A stretch of DNA of 64,000 nt, taken from positions 1 to 64,000 of the forward strand of contig JALDZX010000077.1 of assembly GCA_022813865.1 (NCBI GenBank). Reading direction: 5' to 3'. Numbering within the stretch: the first letter of the stretch is position 1; the number at the start of each line of letters is the position of its first letter. The DNA comes from Xylographa opegraphella (lineage: Eukaryota). The translations under genes and the position numbers were made by a program. Shown here piece after piece: positions 35,701-46,475 of the stretch. The notes beneath the pieces are model-generated. The model made no database searches. It was not told the origin of the DNA and saw only the letters and a list, made by a program, of their open reading frames with translations.

Positions 35701-38700
35701 ACTCCATAATGCGCATAATGAGTTGACAATAGTATAGACAGACTTCAGAGTCGTTACCTTGGTCTAATAGGCGATCAGGGATTCTTTCGGATTTGTCGGA
35801 TTCGTCGGCGCTTGCACTCTGCAATAATAGGAGAGTCGGGACTGCTGAAACACGATCTATAAGCATACCCACAATTCTAAGAATACATAAGTATAAATGA
35901 CTGAGACTGGGATAATGGGAGACTTACGAATTTATGCTTGGCAATGACTGGAGCCATTCAATTACAAAATCAAAGACGTTGTTTTTAGGGAGAGCAAGAA
36001 CATCGAGTAGCAGTAATAGCGGTCGTTCAAGGAATGACAGGTCAGCAACAGAACCCACATCTATGCCACTTTCATTACCGCCTCGAACCAAGCTTGATCG
36101 TCGACTTTGATGAGAAGTAGATGTATTTGGACTATGTATCCACAGGGTAGCGAAACGACGAGCATCCTCGCCATCTATTGGGTTCATCTCATCCTGAGAC
36201 TCATGTGACATTAGGAGCGTTGAAATCGTGCTTTCAATGAGCTTAGCATCATTGGAAATAGTCTGCAGCCTCCAAATACATCGTGCCGCCTCAACATTGT
36301 ACTTCGGTCTCGACGGTGATAGACTAGGCCACAATCCCATGACCAATTTTGGTATTAGCTGGCGGATGAGAGATTCGGGTAACCAGGTACGAGAATTTGG
36401 CGTGCTCAAGATTATTTCCAGTGTGGAGACCTTGCCGGCCATTAACGGAAATTGAAGGTCAATTTGCTGAATCGGAACTTCTCTAGAGGAGCTGCCTAGT
36501 AGAGCGGAGGAGAAAGCACGCCTGTCCGGCTCTTCTAAGTTTGGTGTTTTCCGGATTATATAGCTGAGTGAAACGACTGCTGCATCAATCTCAACATGAG
36601 TGGCAGAAGATCCAGTTTGCAGCATCGAGCCCACTACTTCAAGAATATTCTCACGGAGTATTTTAGCGATTTGCTTTGGAGAAAGTGGCTGACCCTCAAA
36701 ATCAACATTACCTTGGTTAAGGGTATAGAATCGGTCAATTTTGGAGATTGTGGTATTATCATGTAAAGGGTCCTCGCCATGCTCATGAGGCTTGATTTGA
36801 GCTTCTGAAGCGCGTTCTGGTAGGAAGGCTCTTGAGGGAACAAGATCGAGTAGCCTATTCGCAATTTTTAGAGCTAGAATAATAATGTCCGAATGATGAT
36901 CATTATTCTGCCGAGGAGAGACTCGTAGAAGAGCTTTGATACGTAGAAAGATGACGAGACTGGCGATTGGCATGTGTACCATAAGCATCTCTTCCTCTCT
37001 TACATTGAATGTTGTAACCATGAAATAGACAAGCTTGAGTTCGTCAAGAGCAGCATCTAGGTTCTTATCCTGTAAGTCAAAAGCCTTCCCGATGACTTTG
37101 ATGATTGCAGTCCATATCATAGCACTCTCGACTCCGTCGAAAAACATATTCGAACTGCGTAGAACTTCGGCTACCGAATCTGAAGATACACCAATGTTCT
37201 GGTATTGCCATACGCTTTTCATGGCTGGAAGAAATATTCGAGGCACGACAAGTCCTCCAACTTCCCAGCGGTCCATTAATGATAAACATATTCGGAGAGG
37301 TCGTGCCTTTTCCAGTGGATCATCCGAATTTTCATCGATTGCACGTAACATCGTTCGAACTAGAGACTCGAGTCCGTATTTTTCAAAGTAGCGCGTATGA
37401 TGCGTCAAGCCTTCTTGGCCAGGAGTCATTGCAGTTCCACTACTGTTTTCCGATGCAATATCTGGCCCGAGGAACCAACTCCATAGCCTGCGGTTTAGAC
37501 TCATATCTCTCCGAGACACGACTGCAGTCGCTGCCGAAATTAACCTCTCCAGATCCTCTGCAACAACCTTCTCCTGCAGGGCAACTGAATGAAGTGGTAA
37601 ATGCGTGACTAAAAGCTCAAGGAAGCCTCTCTGTGTCAGAAGCTGTTCATCACATAGACCAGCGCAGAAGCAGCGGATTAATAATCCAGGTTCTGGAGAT
37701 GCCACAGTATCAATTGCGGTATCCAAGCCGCTCTGACCGGCTGGCAAAGAATGGTCACCATTTTGGGGATACTCGAGAGACTTTGCATCCAGAGAGTGTC
37801 CGAGCAGGGGAAACTTCCTGGCTAAATAAGCGAGCGCTCCTGGTCGTCGGCTCTTACTTGTGATAGATGCTAAGAACATACATTGCCAGAAATACTGAGC
37901 TCCAGAAGCGTCTGCATTGAAAGCGCTGTTTTGATGCTCTTCTCCGAGTGCGTCCTTCAATGCAGCTAGAATTTGTAGAGTCCTATCAAATTCCTCGGTA
38001 GACTCCTCCTCAAGACAGGGTAGCAAAGCTAGAATGATTGCCTTCAATGCAGGTCGAAGATATTCGGGGTCCAAAGCCACCACATATGTTTCGAATAAGG
38101 CCAACGCAGTAGGCTTTACTGATAGAGCAGCAAATGACAAAACAGGCATTAATCCAGGGAGATACAAAGACAGGTTGGTCGACAATCCTTCCTTCTGCGA
38201 CGGAAACGAATGTTAGAACATCGGGCTTGATCTAGAATCAGAAGTGGTGAAGCGTACATACGCCCAGAGAGTTGAAAATGTGTGTGTAAACGTCTAGCGT
38301 CTTCTGATGTACTCCAGATGGCAGAAGCGGATTGAGACATTGTGAGAGACGTTTCGATATAAGCGCTTTGTGGGGAATGATGTTTGTGTCACTCGGCTTG
38401 TTCTGGATTGCCTATTATCCATTTAGTATCCGATCTGATTTTCTAATGCCATGATTGAGGGTAGATCCGCACCTTCAGCAATCGGCCAAGGAAGGAAATG
38501 TAATCCGCCCACTCGTCCACCGTTGTCTCAAACGAGGATAGCACTCGTTCGATCCCTGAAGCATACCGGCGGTAGTTCTTATCCTTCTTGACAAGTCCTA
38601 AACAGTGAACTGTGAGATGGCAGAACTTTGGTAGTATGGGATGGCAATTAGAGCTTACTATCGTCGTCCCTATTCTTTGCCCTGGGCAGAGCTGGTGATG

Positions 38701-38758
38701 ATCTCCCTGGGCTGATAGGTGATATTGCGCGCTGAGAAGCGTGTGCATCTAGAGACAT
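32761..38758 (-). CDS. DOP1: Dopey/DopA cellular morphogenesis and Golgi-endosome trafficking protein; 7 exons
   Basis: ATG at 38758 (MSLDAHASQR...). Introns 38598-38658, 38412-38472, 38195-38261, 35877-35927, 35580-35649 and 34048-34095. Dopey_N motifs KKDKNYRRYA..EWADYISFL, KRLSQCLNPLLPSGVHQK and RRDMSLNRRLWSWFLG; C-terminal LNLRRIAF and QACKLLD. Confidence 0.95.
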
Positions 38759-39077
38759 GATCTATTCGTGAGCAGATCTTATTGCTAGATGCTCTTATCG
38801 TCATGGTGCACCTAGGAAGGAAAGCTGACGCAAGCCTCCCCAAAGACAGGATCTGGAGTCCTTATATGCTGCCTGGTGTTTCTATGGACGTTGGATTATG
38901 GCGCGAGGCTTTGCCGTCTACGCGACTTTTTGCAGCCGGACTTTTGACATCACCTCTCCTCCACTTTCCACCACCATTTCCCGACCCACGACACTGCATG
39001 CGCCTACTCAATTCGAAGGTTAGTATTGTCCGCGATAGGGCCTCACGGAACCGGTGGGCACTTGAAGTCGCTTTCAT

Positions 39078-41309
39078 ATGGGCTCAGACGCTCCTCAATC
39101 GACAATTGCTGCCGTAGAATCAGGGCTTGCGCCGAACGGCCACGAAGCTCTGGAGACCTCCGACAAGCGCGATTTCTCATCCGAAGTAGTCTCAGCTCAG
39201 CCTGACACCAGACTTCCTCGGCCATCTCAGTCGCGGCGATCATCCCGCGTTACATTAGATGGACGGAGTGCGGTATACGAGGAGGAGCGACCGCCGCTCC
39301 CACCACGCCCTACGAACCTGGGCCTTCTCGGCCAGAACTTTAAGGGCAGCACGCTACAGATTCCAAAGAGATCGTCAAGACCTCAGCTGCAATCGTATGC
39401 AACTACCGCTGTTTCCCGCACAGACATAGAAACCCTTTCCTTCCCGGACGGTTCACGCGAAACCTACGCCAATTCAATCAAGTCAAGCCCTTCAGGAAAG
39501 TCATTTCGATTTGATAGCCCAGTTGGGCAATTGAGAAGCCGGCAAAACCCAAGTGACGGAGATGATTCTGCCAGCCTCAAGAGCACGGCACTAACAACTG
39601 GTGGTGAGGTAGAAAGTCTCCTAGGAGATATCATTGGTGCCGGACAACAAAGCCCAGCATGGAGGCTGCTGTCTGCTCACGTGGAGAGGTCTAATCCATT
39701 CGACTTACTGCCATACGATGACGAAGAACCCAAGGCGGATTTCAGTCGAGAATTCGACGAGCTAGACGAGCTGCATTCCTCGGGCGACAACGAGGGTAAT
39801 TTTATTGCTACTCCCAGGATTTACTTCGCTAAGTTGTCTGATAGAGGAACTCTTGAATTTGTGGAGATCAAAGAGAAAGCACTTTTTAATCCTCTCGTCC
39901 GCCGGGAAGCCAATTTACAACCGGCACGGCGACGACAATCTAATTTCTGGTTACATCGGAGTTATCCAGACCATCATTTCGTTCTATGAAGCAGCCCAAG
40001 ATCAACTAAGTAGTTTCTCTGCAGGTTCTGCAAGATTTGTGATTATGACTCGAGGTCCACTATACCTGGTTGCAATCAGCAAGTTAGGTGAAAGTGATGT
40101 CCAGCTTCGTGTTCAACTTGAAGCTTTATACATGCAGATTCTCTCGACATTGACACTGCCTACGTTGACTCACTTGTTTTCAAGTAGACCTTCAACCGAT
40201 TTGAGACGTCCATTGCAGGGCACGGAATCTCTACTTTCTGCCTTAGCAGACACATTTACCCGTGGCTCTCCACCAACGCTACTTTCGGCTCTTGAGTGTC
40301 TCAAAATCCGAAAGTCCTATCGGCAATTAATCAGCAACGCTATGCTCAAAGCCAAATGCGATACTTTGCTATATGGCCTTATAGTCGCTGGTGGTAGGCT
40401 CGTCAGTGTCGTAAGGCCTAGAACGCACTCTTTACATCCGAGCGATTTGCAGCTTATTTTCAATATGCTATTTGAGGCTGGAGGAGTCAAAGCTGCAGGC
40501 GGTGAGAATTGGATTCCGATGTGCCTGCCCAAGTTCAATAAAAATGGGTATCTCTATATGTATGTTAGCTTTCTTGATGCGAATAATGATCAAAATGAAG
40601 ACAGCGTGCCATCTACGGGTACCGCTGCAAAGGAAGAACAAGTCGCGATACTTCTAATGAGTGCTAACAAGGAGAGCTTCTATGATCTACGTAAGATGAG
40701 GGATAAGATTTTGGAGGTGTGTAACTATGATATAGTTACGGAAGTTGATTTACTAACTGAAGTTATATGTAGGAGTTGGAGAAGAATGGCACCATGTCTG
40801 TCATCAAGTCCGCAGTGCTTCGGGGCCGACCTAGTGCTACTGATATCGTACCTGGGACGGTTCTACAGCATTTCCTGTACAAATCAAGAGGCAACCTCCA
40901 ATATATAATGCCAACATACGAGCCGCATTTCACAACTTTGCTGGCACGAAGAAGGTAGATGCATTTCTACCCTGAAGAGATATTTTATATGCTCATATCG
41001 TGCAGGCTTCTATCACTGTACCACACGCTTCACTCGAGCGTCCATGCAAAAATGGCTCACCTCAAAGTCCACCACTGTGTTAGCCGCGAATTCGTATCCC
41101 TTGCCTGGGTAACACCTCTTTTTGAGCTATACTGTGTTGCAGGTCCCAGTTCTAGTAGAAACGCGCTGGCCCAGAGTGCGAATAAAGTTGTTCAATGGGT
41201 ACGCCAGGAGGAAGAGAGGGTCTTCATTATAGGCGGTGCTGTAAGTCATCGTACACTCTGACCGGGCGCATGACCTCGAAGCCTCTGACAGTCTCAATAG
41301 GTTTTCTAG
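39078..41309 (+). CDS. MON1: Vacuolar fusion protein Mon1 (Mon1-Ccz1 Rab7 GEF subunit); 5 exons
   Basis: Introns 39796-39844, 40717-40772, 40955-41005 and 41241-41300; the last exon is GTT TTC TAG. Motifs [63 protein letters not shown] and [13 protein letters not shown]. Confidence 0.95.
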
Positions 41310-41476
41310 AGCCAGCATGTTAGCTTGGGTTCTGTAGTTGTCATATGCTCGAGTCCAGGCGCTGGCAACATACCCTATAGCTCCAGCTCCCGTTTTCGAA
41401 ATATTTCTCTCAAACATAGACTTCCAGTTCGCTTTCCAGCCTTCGTCCCGGACTGCCTGTTCTTGGATCTCACATT

Positions 41477-42250
41477 TCAACAATCGCCACTTGTCACATG
41501 ATGTGCAATCGCAGTGCTCCCGTAGCCGGTCCACACATCGGATCGCAAGACCTCATTGTCAATAGATCGCTGCACAGCAGGCAGCTTCTTTCGTACCTGG
41601 TCAAAGAATTCCTGCTCTTCCTTTGCAGTCAACGTGATGCTCGACGCTGTGCTTGCCCGACTTCCGTTCCTCGTAACAGTGGCCTCGCTTCTTGAACCCA
41701 AGGAGTAGTTGTATCCACTCAAGGGCTCGCATTCTGTCCCGGCGGGCGTAGTCACCACCAACGACTGCGTAGTACCTGTATACGAGAGATCCTGCCTCCA
41801 TTCTAGGACAGCGAGTTGAGTTTGATATCGCATCGTGATGTGTGCATCGCAACTTCCGCTTCTGCACAACGGGATCGCAGGGACTGGCTTATCCTTCTCC
41901 AACTCTCCCAAGTCCTCTTCCATGGTCGACGCCTCCTCGTTCCAGGATACTGTAGGATCAGCATAGAATTCATTCGACACGCCTTGCATCTCTGCGTCCT
42001 CCGTGCATCCTACAATCTCGCTGTTCCACCACCACTCCTCCGGCTGGGGCGCACAGAAACAGCCCAGATCGTCAATGTTGAGATCGCAGTTTCTCCGATC
42101 CCGAACTTTGAATCCGTCGAGTAACGTGTGTAAGAGCTGCTTTGGCCTCGAAGGATTTGACAGGGCGCGCCTTCGGCGGAGGTACAGACACGTGAGGCCA
42201 TCGGGATGATGGAGGGAGGGGAAGGCGCTGGAGGTGAAGGAGATGGGCAT
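41477..42250 (-). CDS. Hypothetical protein (257-aa ORF; true 3' structure uncertain, may extend to 41227 via splicing)
   Basis: ATG-initiated ORF with no recognised domain. A protein-like frame continues downstream (HCDCTSCDKWRLLK...), and a canonical minus-strand intron lies at 41306-41373. Confidence 0.55.
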   Translation of the reverse strand: MPISFTSSAFPSLHHPDGLTCLYLRRRRALSNPSRPKQLLHTLLDGFKVRDRRNCDLNIDDLGCFCAPQPEEWWWNSEIVGCTEDAEMQGVSNEFYADPTVSWNEEASTMEEDLGELEKDKPVPAIPLCRSGSCDAHITMRYQTQLAVLEWRQDLSYTGTTQSLVVTTPAGTECEPLSGYNYSLGSRSEATVTRNGSRASTASSITLTAKEEQEFFDQVRKKLPAVQRSIDNEVLRSDVWTGYGSTAIAHHVTSGDC

Positions 42251-42829
42251 AGTCCTACTTCCAAGAGGTGCAAATAAGATGTCAAGAACTTAAGCAATAT
42301 CCAATATATTCCTCAACGTTAAGAAATGCTCAGGTGACCGAGAAGTGCGAATCACGATTAGTCAATTATAATAAAATAGCATCATGGACGACAAAAGATA
42401 CCAAGCCGTCAGGCAGAGATGCAATCTTCCACTCCAATAAACTCTTAAGATATAAGATTCAATGAGGATGCTATACTCTATGTTAAGGCGCTATGCTAGT
42501 GCTAAAGTATTGTGAACCAAAACTCTTGAAGCTCTCTTTATGACGTGGATGTGTTCCCCTTTCTTAAAGCTTATGGACCGTCTCATAAAGTCTATCATAT
42601 AGCTGTCACTGGGAAGCACATCTCAATAGGCTCCGCGCTTTTACGGCGAAAATTGTGTGGTGTTTCTGGTCAGCAAAAAGTAACTGTCCGTGATGTTATT
42701 GCAATAAATCAACGCAGTTGTCCATCGAAGACTATAAAAAGGTTCGTTAACCGTGGGATCGTGATCTAATGACATTTGAATCCACTACGAGCGAGCTAGT
42801 AATGCTTGTTGGGTTCGGTGACTCGAACT

Positions 42830-45800
42830 TTATACCCCTGGGTATAGTTCCGTACTCGTCGACCTTTTCCTCCTGCTTCTCTTGACCTTTCCGCCCAAGT
42901 CCTTGAGCTTTTCCTCGCCATGATGCCACCATGAGCGAACTTTTTGACGTAACTTCCAAGTCTTATACTTTATCGTGGACATGCCTCTGGTAGCTTCATG
43001 ATTCCGGTCACTGTTGCGGTCGCTTTGAGGTCGACTGTCGCCTTTACTGACCTGAGGCCGAAACGCAGCTCGGAGGTCGTCCGTGGAATTTCCCCTGCTC
43101 GCAATCGCCTTCAGTTGAGAGATGCGCATTCTCAGACCTCCTCTTCGATCCATATTGGAGCTATCATCCGAAAAAAAACTACGGACTTCTGTAGTGTTCT
43201 GGTTAGATGAAGGTGGCCGAAGAGCAGACTGGCAAGCAGACATTGCACTATTATCAAGCTGCTCCTTGAAATGCGCATGCGCGGGAAAGGTCCTGTAGCT
43301 TGCCATGGGGTTCAAATCATGGACACTACCCGAATGATCCTCTGATATGCTTTCTTGTGCAATCGGCACTGTACGAAAGAAGTCGGCACCAATAGCGAAA
43401 CTCGGTCTTGGGGAAGATGATAGTGACCTCTGCCTTGTGATTTTCACGGTATCGTTCGTCGAGCTTGAAGCTCTTGTGATCTTGAGTTTGAACTTTGGTG
43501 CTTTGCCCGTCGGATTGGGCGAGTCATAACTTGATCTAACTATAGAGGGGTCACTATTACTCGAAGGACCAAACCGTGACTGGCTTGATTGGAGATTTCT
43601 CGATCGCAAATTCGAAGCTGATATAGATGTTCTCTCGGAGTCTCTCTCGGCTTTTGACTTCAGTCTATATCGTCCTATGGTGAATGATTCACCATCTTTC
43701 AGTTCATCATACTCCCATGGCACAACACTCGCAGCTTCAAGCAAAGTCATGACAGGCAACTCTTGTATAGATTCATTCTCGGGGCAGGTTTGCGATAACA
43801 TGTTGGCTTTGGTGGACATGGACAAACTTTCCGGTTGGTTTGAGAAATGGCTCGAGCCTTGTCGAGCTCGATGGCTATCTGAAAAGATGTTCGGTGTCTT
43901 TTCATGTTTCACCACTGTAGGGCTCGCATGACTGATAGCTGAATCTAACATTATCGTCGGCTGTCTCAATATCTCGGCGGATGCCTCAACAGCGTTATCG
44001 ATGTGTAGGAACTTGTCACTTTCAGTTTGCGAGTATCCCCTGCTGGATCTGTTTAAGACAGGCAAAAAATCCTGAGTTTTGACAGCATCTGCGTTAACAT
44101 TAGACCCTGTCACAATTTTCGTGGTTGTTACAGGCAGTATAGAAGAGGCTCCCGACCATACGGAATGATCATTCCCAGATGCCTCGATAGCAGAAACTCT
44201 TTCGGAGGAAGGTCTATCTTGTTCTGAATCCATTACGACGTCATCTAGATCATCAAAGCTGTCATCTATGGAGAATATTCGACTAAAGCGGTCTTTGTTG
44301 GTTCGTGAAGACATCGAGCGCTCTGGCATTGGGGCCCGAATGCTGGATAGGAGCGGTTCGCTCACAAGGGTGGGCAGTCTTGGCTTCTGATATGATGGCT
44401 TTGCGAGGTCTTGTGTCATTGTCCCGCATTGTGGGCCGCCAAAGTCCAGCGATGAAATATGCCATGGCACAAGCCGAGGTTGCTCTGTCGCTGTCGGTGG
44501 TGTTGCCGGGATCTCTTGTGTATCATTCAATTCACCAATGCTAGTCCGAAGAGCTCGGGTGCTATCGTTGCCATGAGATTTATGTGGTATTGGTGCTGGT
44601 TGGACTGCTGCATCCGTTATTGAGTCCCTTGAGTCCCTCACGAACCGATTTCTAGCTTCCGGCCTTGATGAAGAAAGTATGTGATGCCCATATGTGTCTC
44701 TGATTGCCGGACGTTCGACGATTTCATGTTCGTCATCGTCGTCCCTTGCTGCATCATTATGATTTACCTTCTCGTTGCTCCGTTTGTTTTGGGGTGGCGC
44801 TGACAGGGAAATGTGCTCATTTTCCCAATCACTCATTTGTTGGAGGAACTTCCCAGGGGCGGCCACAGGGGATGGACTTTCTAGAGGAGGCATAGACTTG
44901 TGAGGCACCTGCTCAGATACATCACCCACAGCCTGTAGTGCTTGTGACACAGGCTTCGTGTTGACCGCGAGGGCTTTACGTGCCACTTCTTGAGCTCGAA
45001 GTTGCCGGCCTTGGACTTCTGGTATCGCCTCTTCTGCCAATGAAAGAACCGATATGGTTAAATCGTGCTGCTCCTGCTTTTCCACGAAGGCTTCGCTGTA
45101 ATCATAATACTGCATTGCAGGAGAAGGTAACGGCTGCCGCGGCAGTATTCGACCATTCGATACATCCCGTGAGAAATCGTGATGGGAAGACCAATTGCTC
45201 TGGTTCGAGGACGGCTTCTGTCCTATCAAATGTGATGGCATAGGCGGAGCTATTGAGGAGCGACTTTGAGGTCTAGATAGTGGTGAAGTGCAACGTTGTA
45301 GAGATGGCATTGAACGATTTAGGTTCGACGGGTATACCGCTACTCTCTTACCATATGGAGGAGCTGAGAGTGGAGAGGGAGTACGAAAGCTTGCATCTTT
45401 ATCAAGACCAAAAGGCGTCCTTGCATCTGTTCCACGGAAGTCCAGCAGGGCTGGTGAGGAAGGTCGATATCCAGGACGCTTTAGTCGTGTCGGATAGGCA
45501 AATGGTGAGCGCGGCCGAAGGACCCCGTGAAGTCGATGATTGGACATGTTATAGCTGAGCTGTGAGCTTTGAGACATCGAGAAAGCTCTTTGATCATCTT
45601 GATGAGCATGACTGGTGCGGGGATGGAAAGAATTCTGACTTTCAGTCTGGTACATTGAAATAATGCTCGAAGTCGTCGTACCCTGCTGAGACCTTAAAGA
45701 ATTTTGACGGCTGTTGACCACACGACGATGTATTTGATGCCCATTGCTAGCAAGCTGATTTAGTTGATGCTTTGGCAAGCCATCGATGAGGTAAGGAAGG

Positions 45801-46033
45801 CTAGAGCTTCTCGACGAGGCTCTCAAAAGAGGATATGCAACACCTGTATGATTGATCGAGAACAGCCCAATGTCTCCGGTTTCTGTGGTATTTTTCAGCA
45901 TACTCTGGATGGAGGACGGAGCGGACACGTCAGATCTATTATCAGCATACGCATTGATGATGCTCGTGACTGGGCTTTCTGGAGTTCTTCTGCTCCTTCC
46001 CACGGAGTTGACTGATATCTCAGATAGAGGCAT
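42830..46033 (-). CDS. Large intronless Ser/Pro-rich, probably disordered hypothetical protein (1067 aa)
   Basis: 3.2-kb uninterrupted ORF. Short conserved-looking islands SIQSMLKNTTETGDIGLFS, RPRSPFAYPTRLKRPGYRPSSPAL, YYDYSEAF and RSFFSDDSS. Confidence 0.8.
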   Translation of the reverse strand: MPLSEISVNSVGRSRRTPESPVTSIINAYADNRSDVSAPSSIQSMLKNTTETGDIGLFSINHTGVAYPLLRASSRSSSLPYLIDGLPKHQLNQLASNGHQIHRRVVNSRQNSLRSQQGTTTSSIISMYQTESQNSFHPRTSHAHQDDQRAFSMSQSSQLSYNMSNHRLHGVLRPRSPFAYPTRLKRPGYRPSSPALLDFRGTDARTPFGLDKDASFRTPSPLSAPPYGKRVAVYPSNLNRSMPSLQRCTSPLSRPQSRSSIAPPMPSHLIGQKPSSNQSNWSSHHDFSRDVSNGRILPRQPLPSPAMQYYDYSEAFVEKQEQHDLTISVLSLAEEAIPEVQGRQLRAQEVARKALAVNTKPVSQALQAVGDVSEQVPHKSMPPLESPSPVAAPGKFLQQMSDWENEHISLSAPPQNKRSNEKVNHNDAARDDDDEHEIVERPAIRDTYGHHILSSSRPEARNRFVRDSRDSITDAAVQPAPIPHKSHGNDSTRALRTSIGELNDTQEIPATPPTATEQPRLVPWHISSLDFGGPQCGTMTQDLAKPSYQKPRLPTLVSEPLLSSIRAPMPERSMSSRTNKDRFSRIFSIDDSFDDLDDVVMDSEQDRPSSERVSAIEASGNDHSVWSGASSILPVTTTKIVTGSNVNADAVKTQDFLPVLNRSSRGYSQTESDKFLHIDNAVEASAEILRQPTIMLDSAISHASPTVVKHEKTPNIFSDSHRARQGSSHFSNQPESLSMSTKANMLSQTCPENESIQELPVMTLLEAASVVPWEYDELKDGESFTIGRYRLKSKAERDSERTSISASNLRSRNLQSSQSRFGPSSNSDPSIVRSSYDSPNPTGKAPKFKLKITRASSSTNDTVKITRQRSLSSSPRPSFAIGADFFRTVPIAQESISEDHSGSVHDLNPMASYRTFPAHAHFKEQLDNSAMSACQSALRPPSSNQNTTEVRSFFSDDSSNMDRRGGLRMRISQLKAIASRGNSTDDLRAAFRPQVSKGDSRPQSDRNSDRNHEATRGMSTIKYKTWKLRQKVRSWWHHGEEKLKDLGGKVKRSRRKRSTSTELYPGV

Positions 46034-46475
46034 GGTGTGGTACTGAGATGTGCGATTTTGTAATTAAAGATAAGAGAACATCAAAGACAATCACTTGAAG
46101 AGGTGGGTTAGCCCTAGCACTTCATGTGCTAGAGGACAAGCGAGGCTAGTCAGTAATGATCACTAAAAGCTGGCTGGTATGTCTCCTTGAGGTGGTGATG
46201 GGCGCTTCCTGCTTTACTCTGCGAAGGCTGCTTGGGAAGTAATCACGATTAGCATTTGGTGGGGTGTTTCTGAAATGGATCGAGCGGTGGATTGCCATGA
46301 AATGTCTTTAACACAGCAACTTACGGAAGAGACTCGCTCCTGCCTCTTCACAAACATCAGAGCGGTAGTGTATCTGTTGTTCTCAAAGAGAAAGCGCCTC
46401 TTTAGATACGAAGGCTCTTATGCAATATGCTCGTTCAAGCCATCGTATCACAGTCAGCCATCACGCAAGCTCGTC

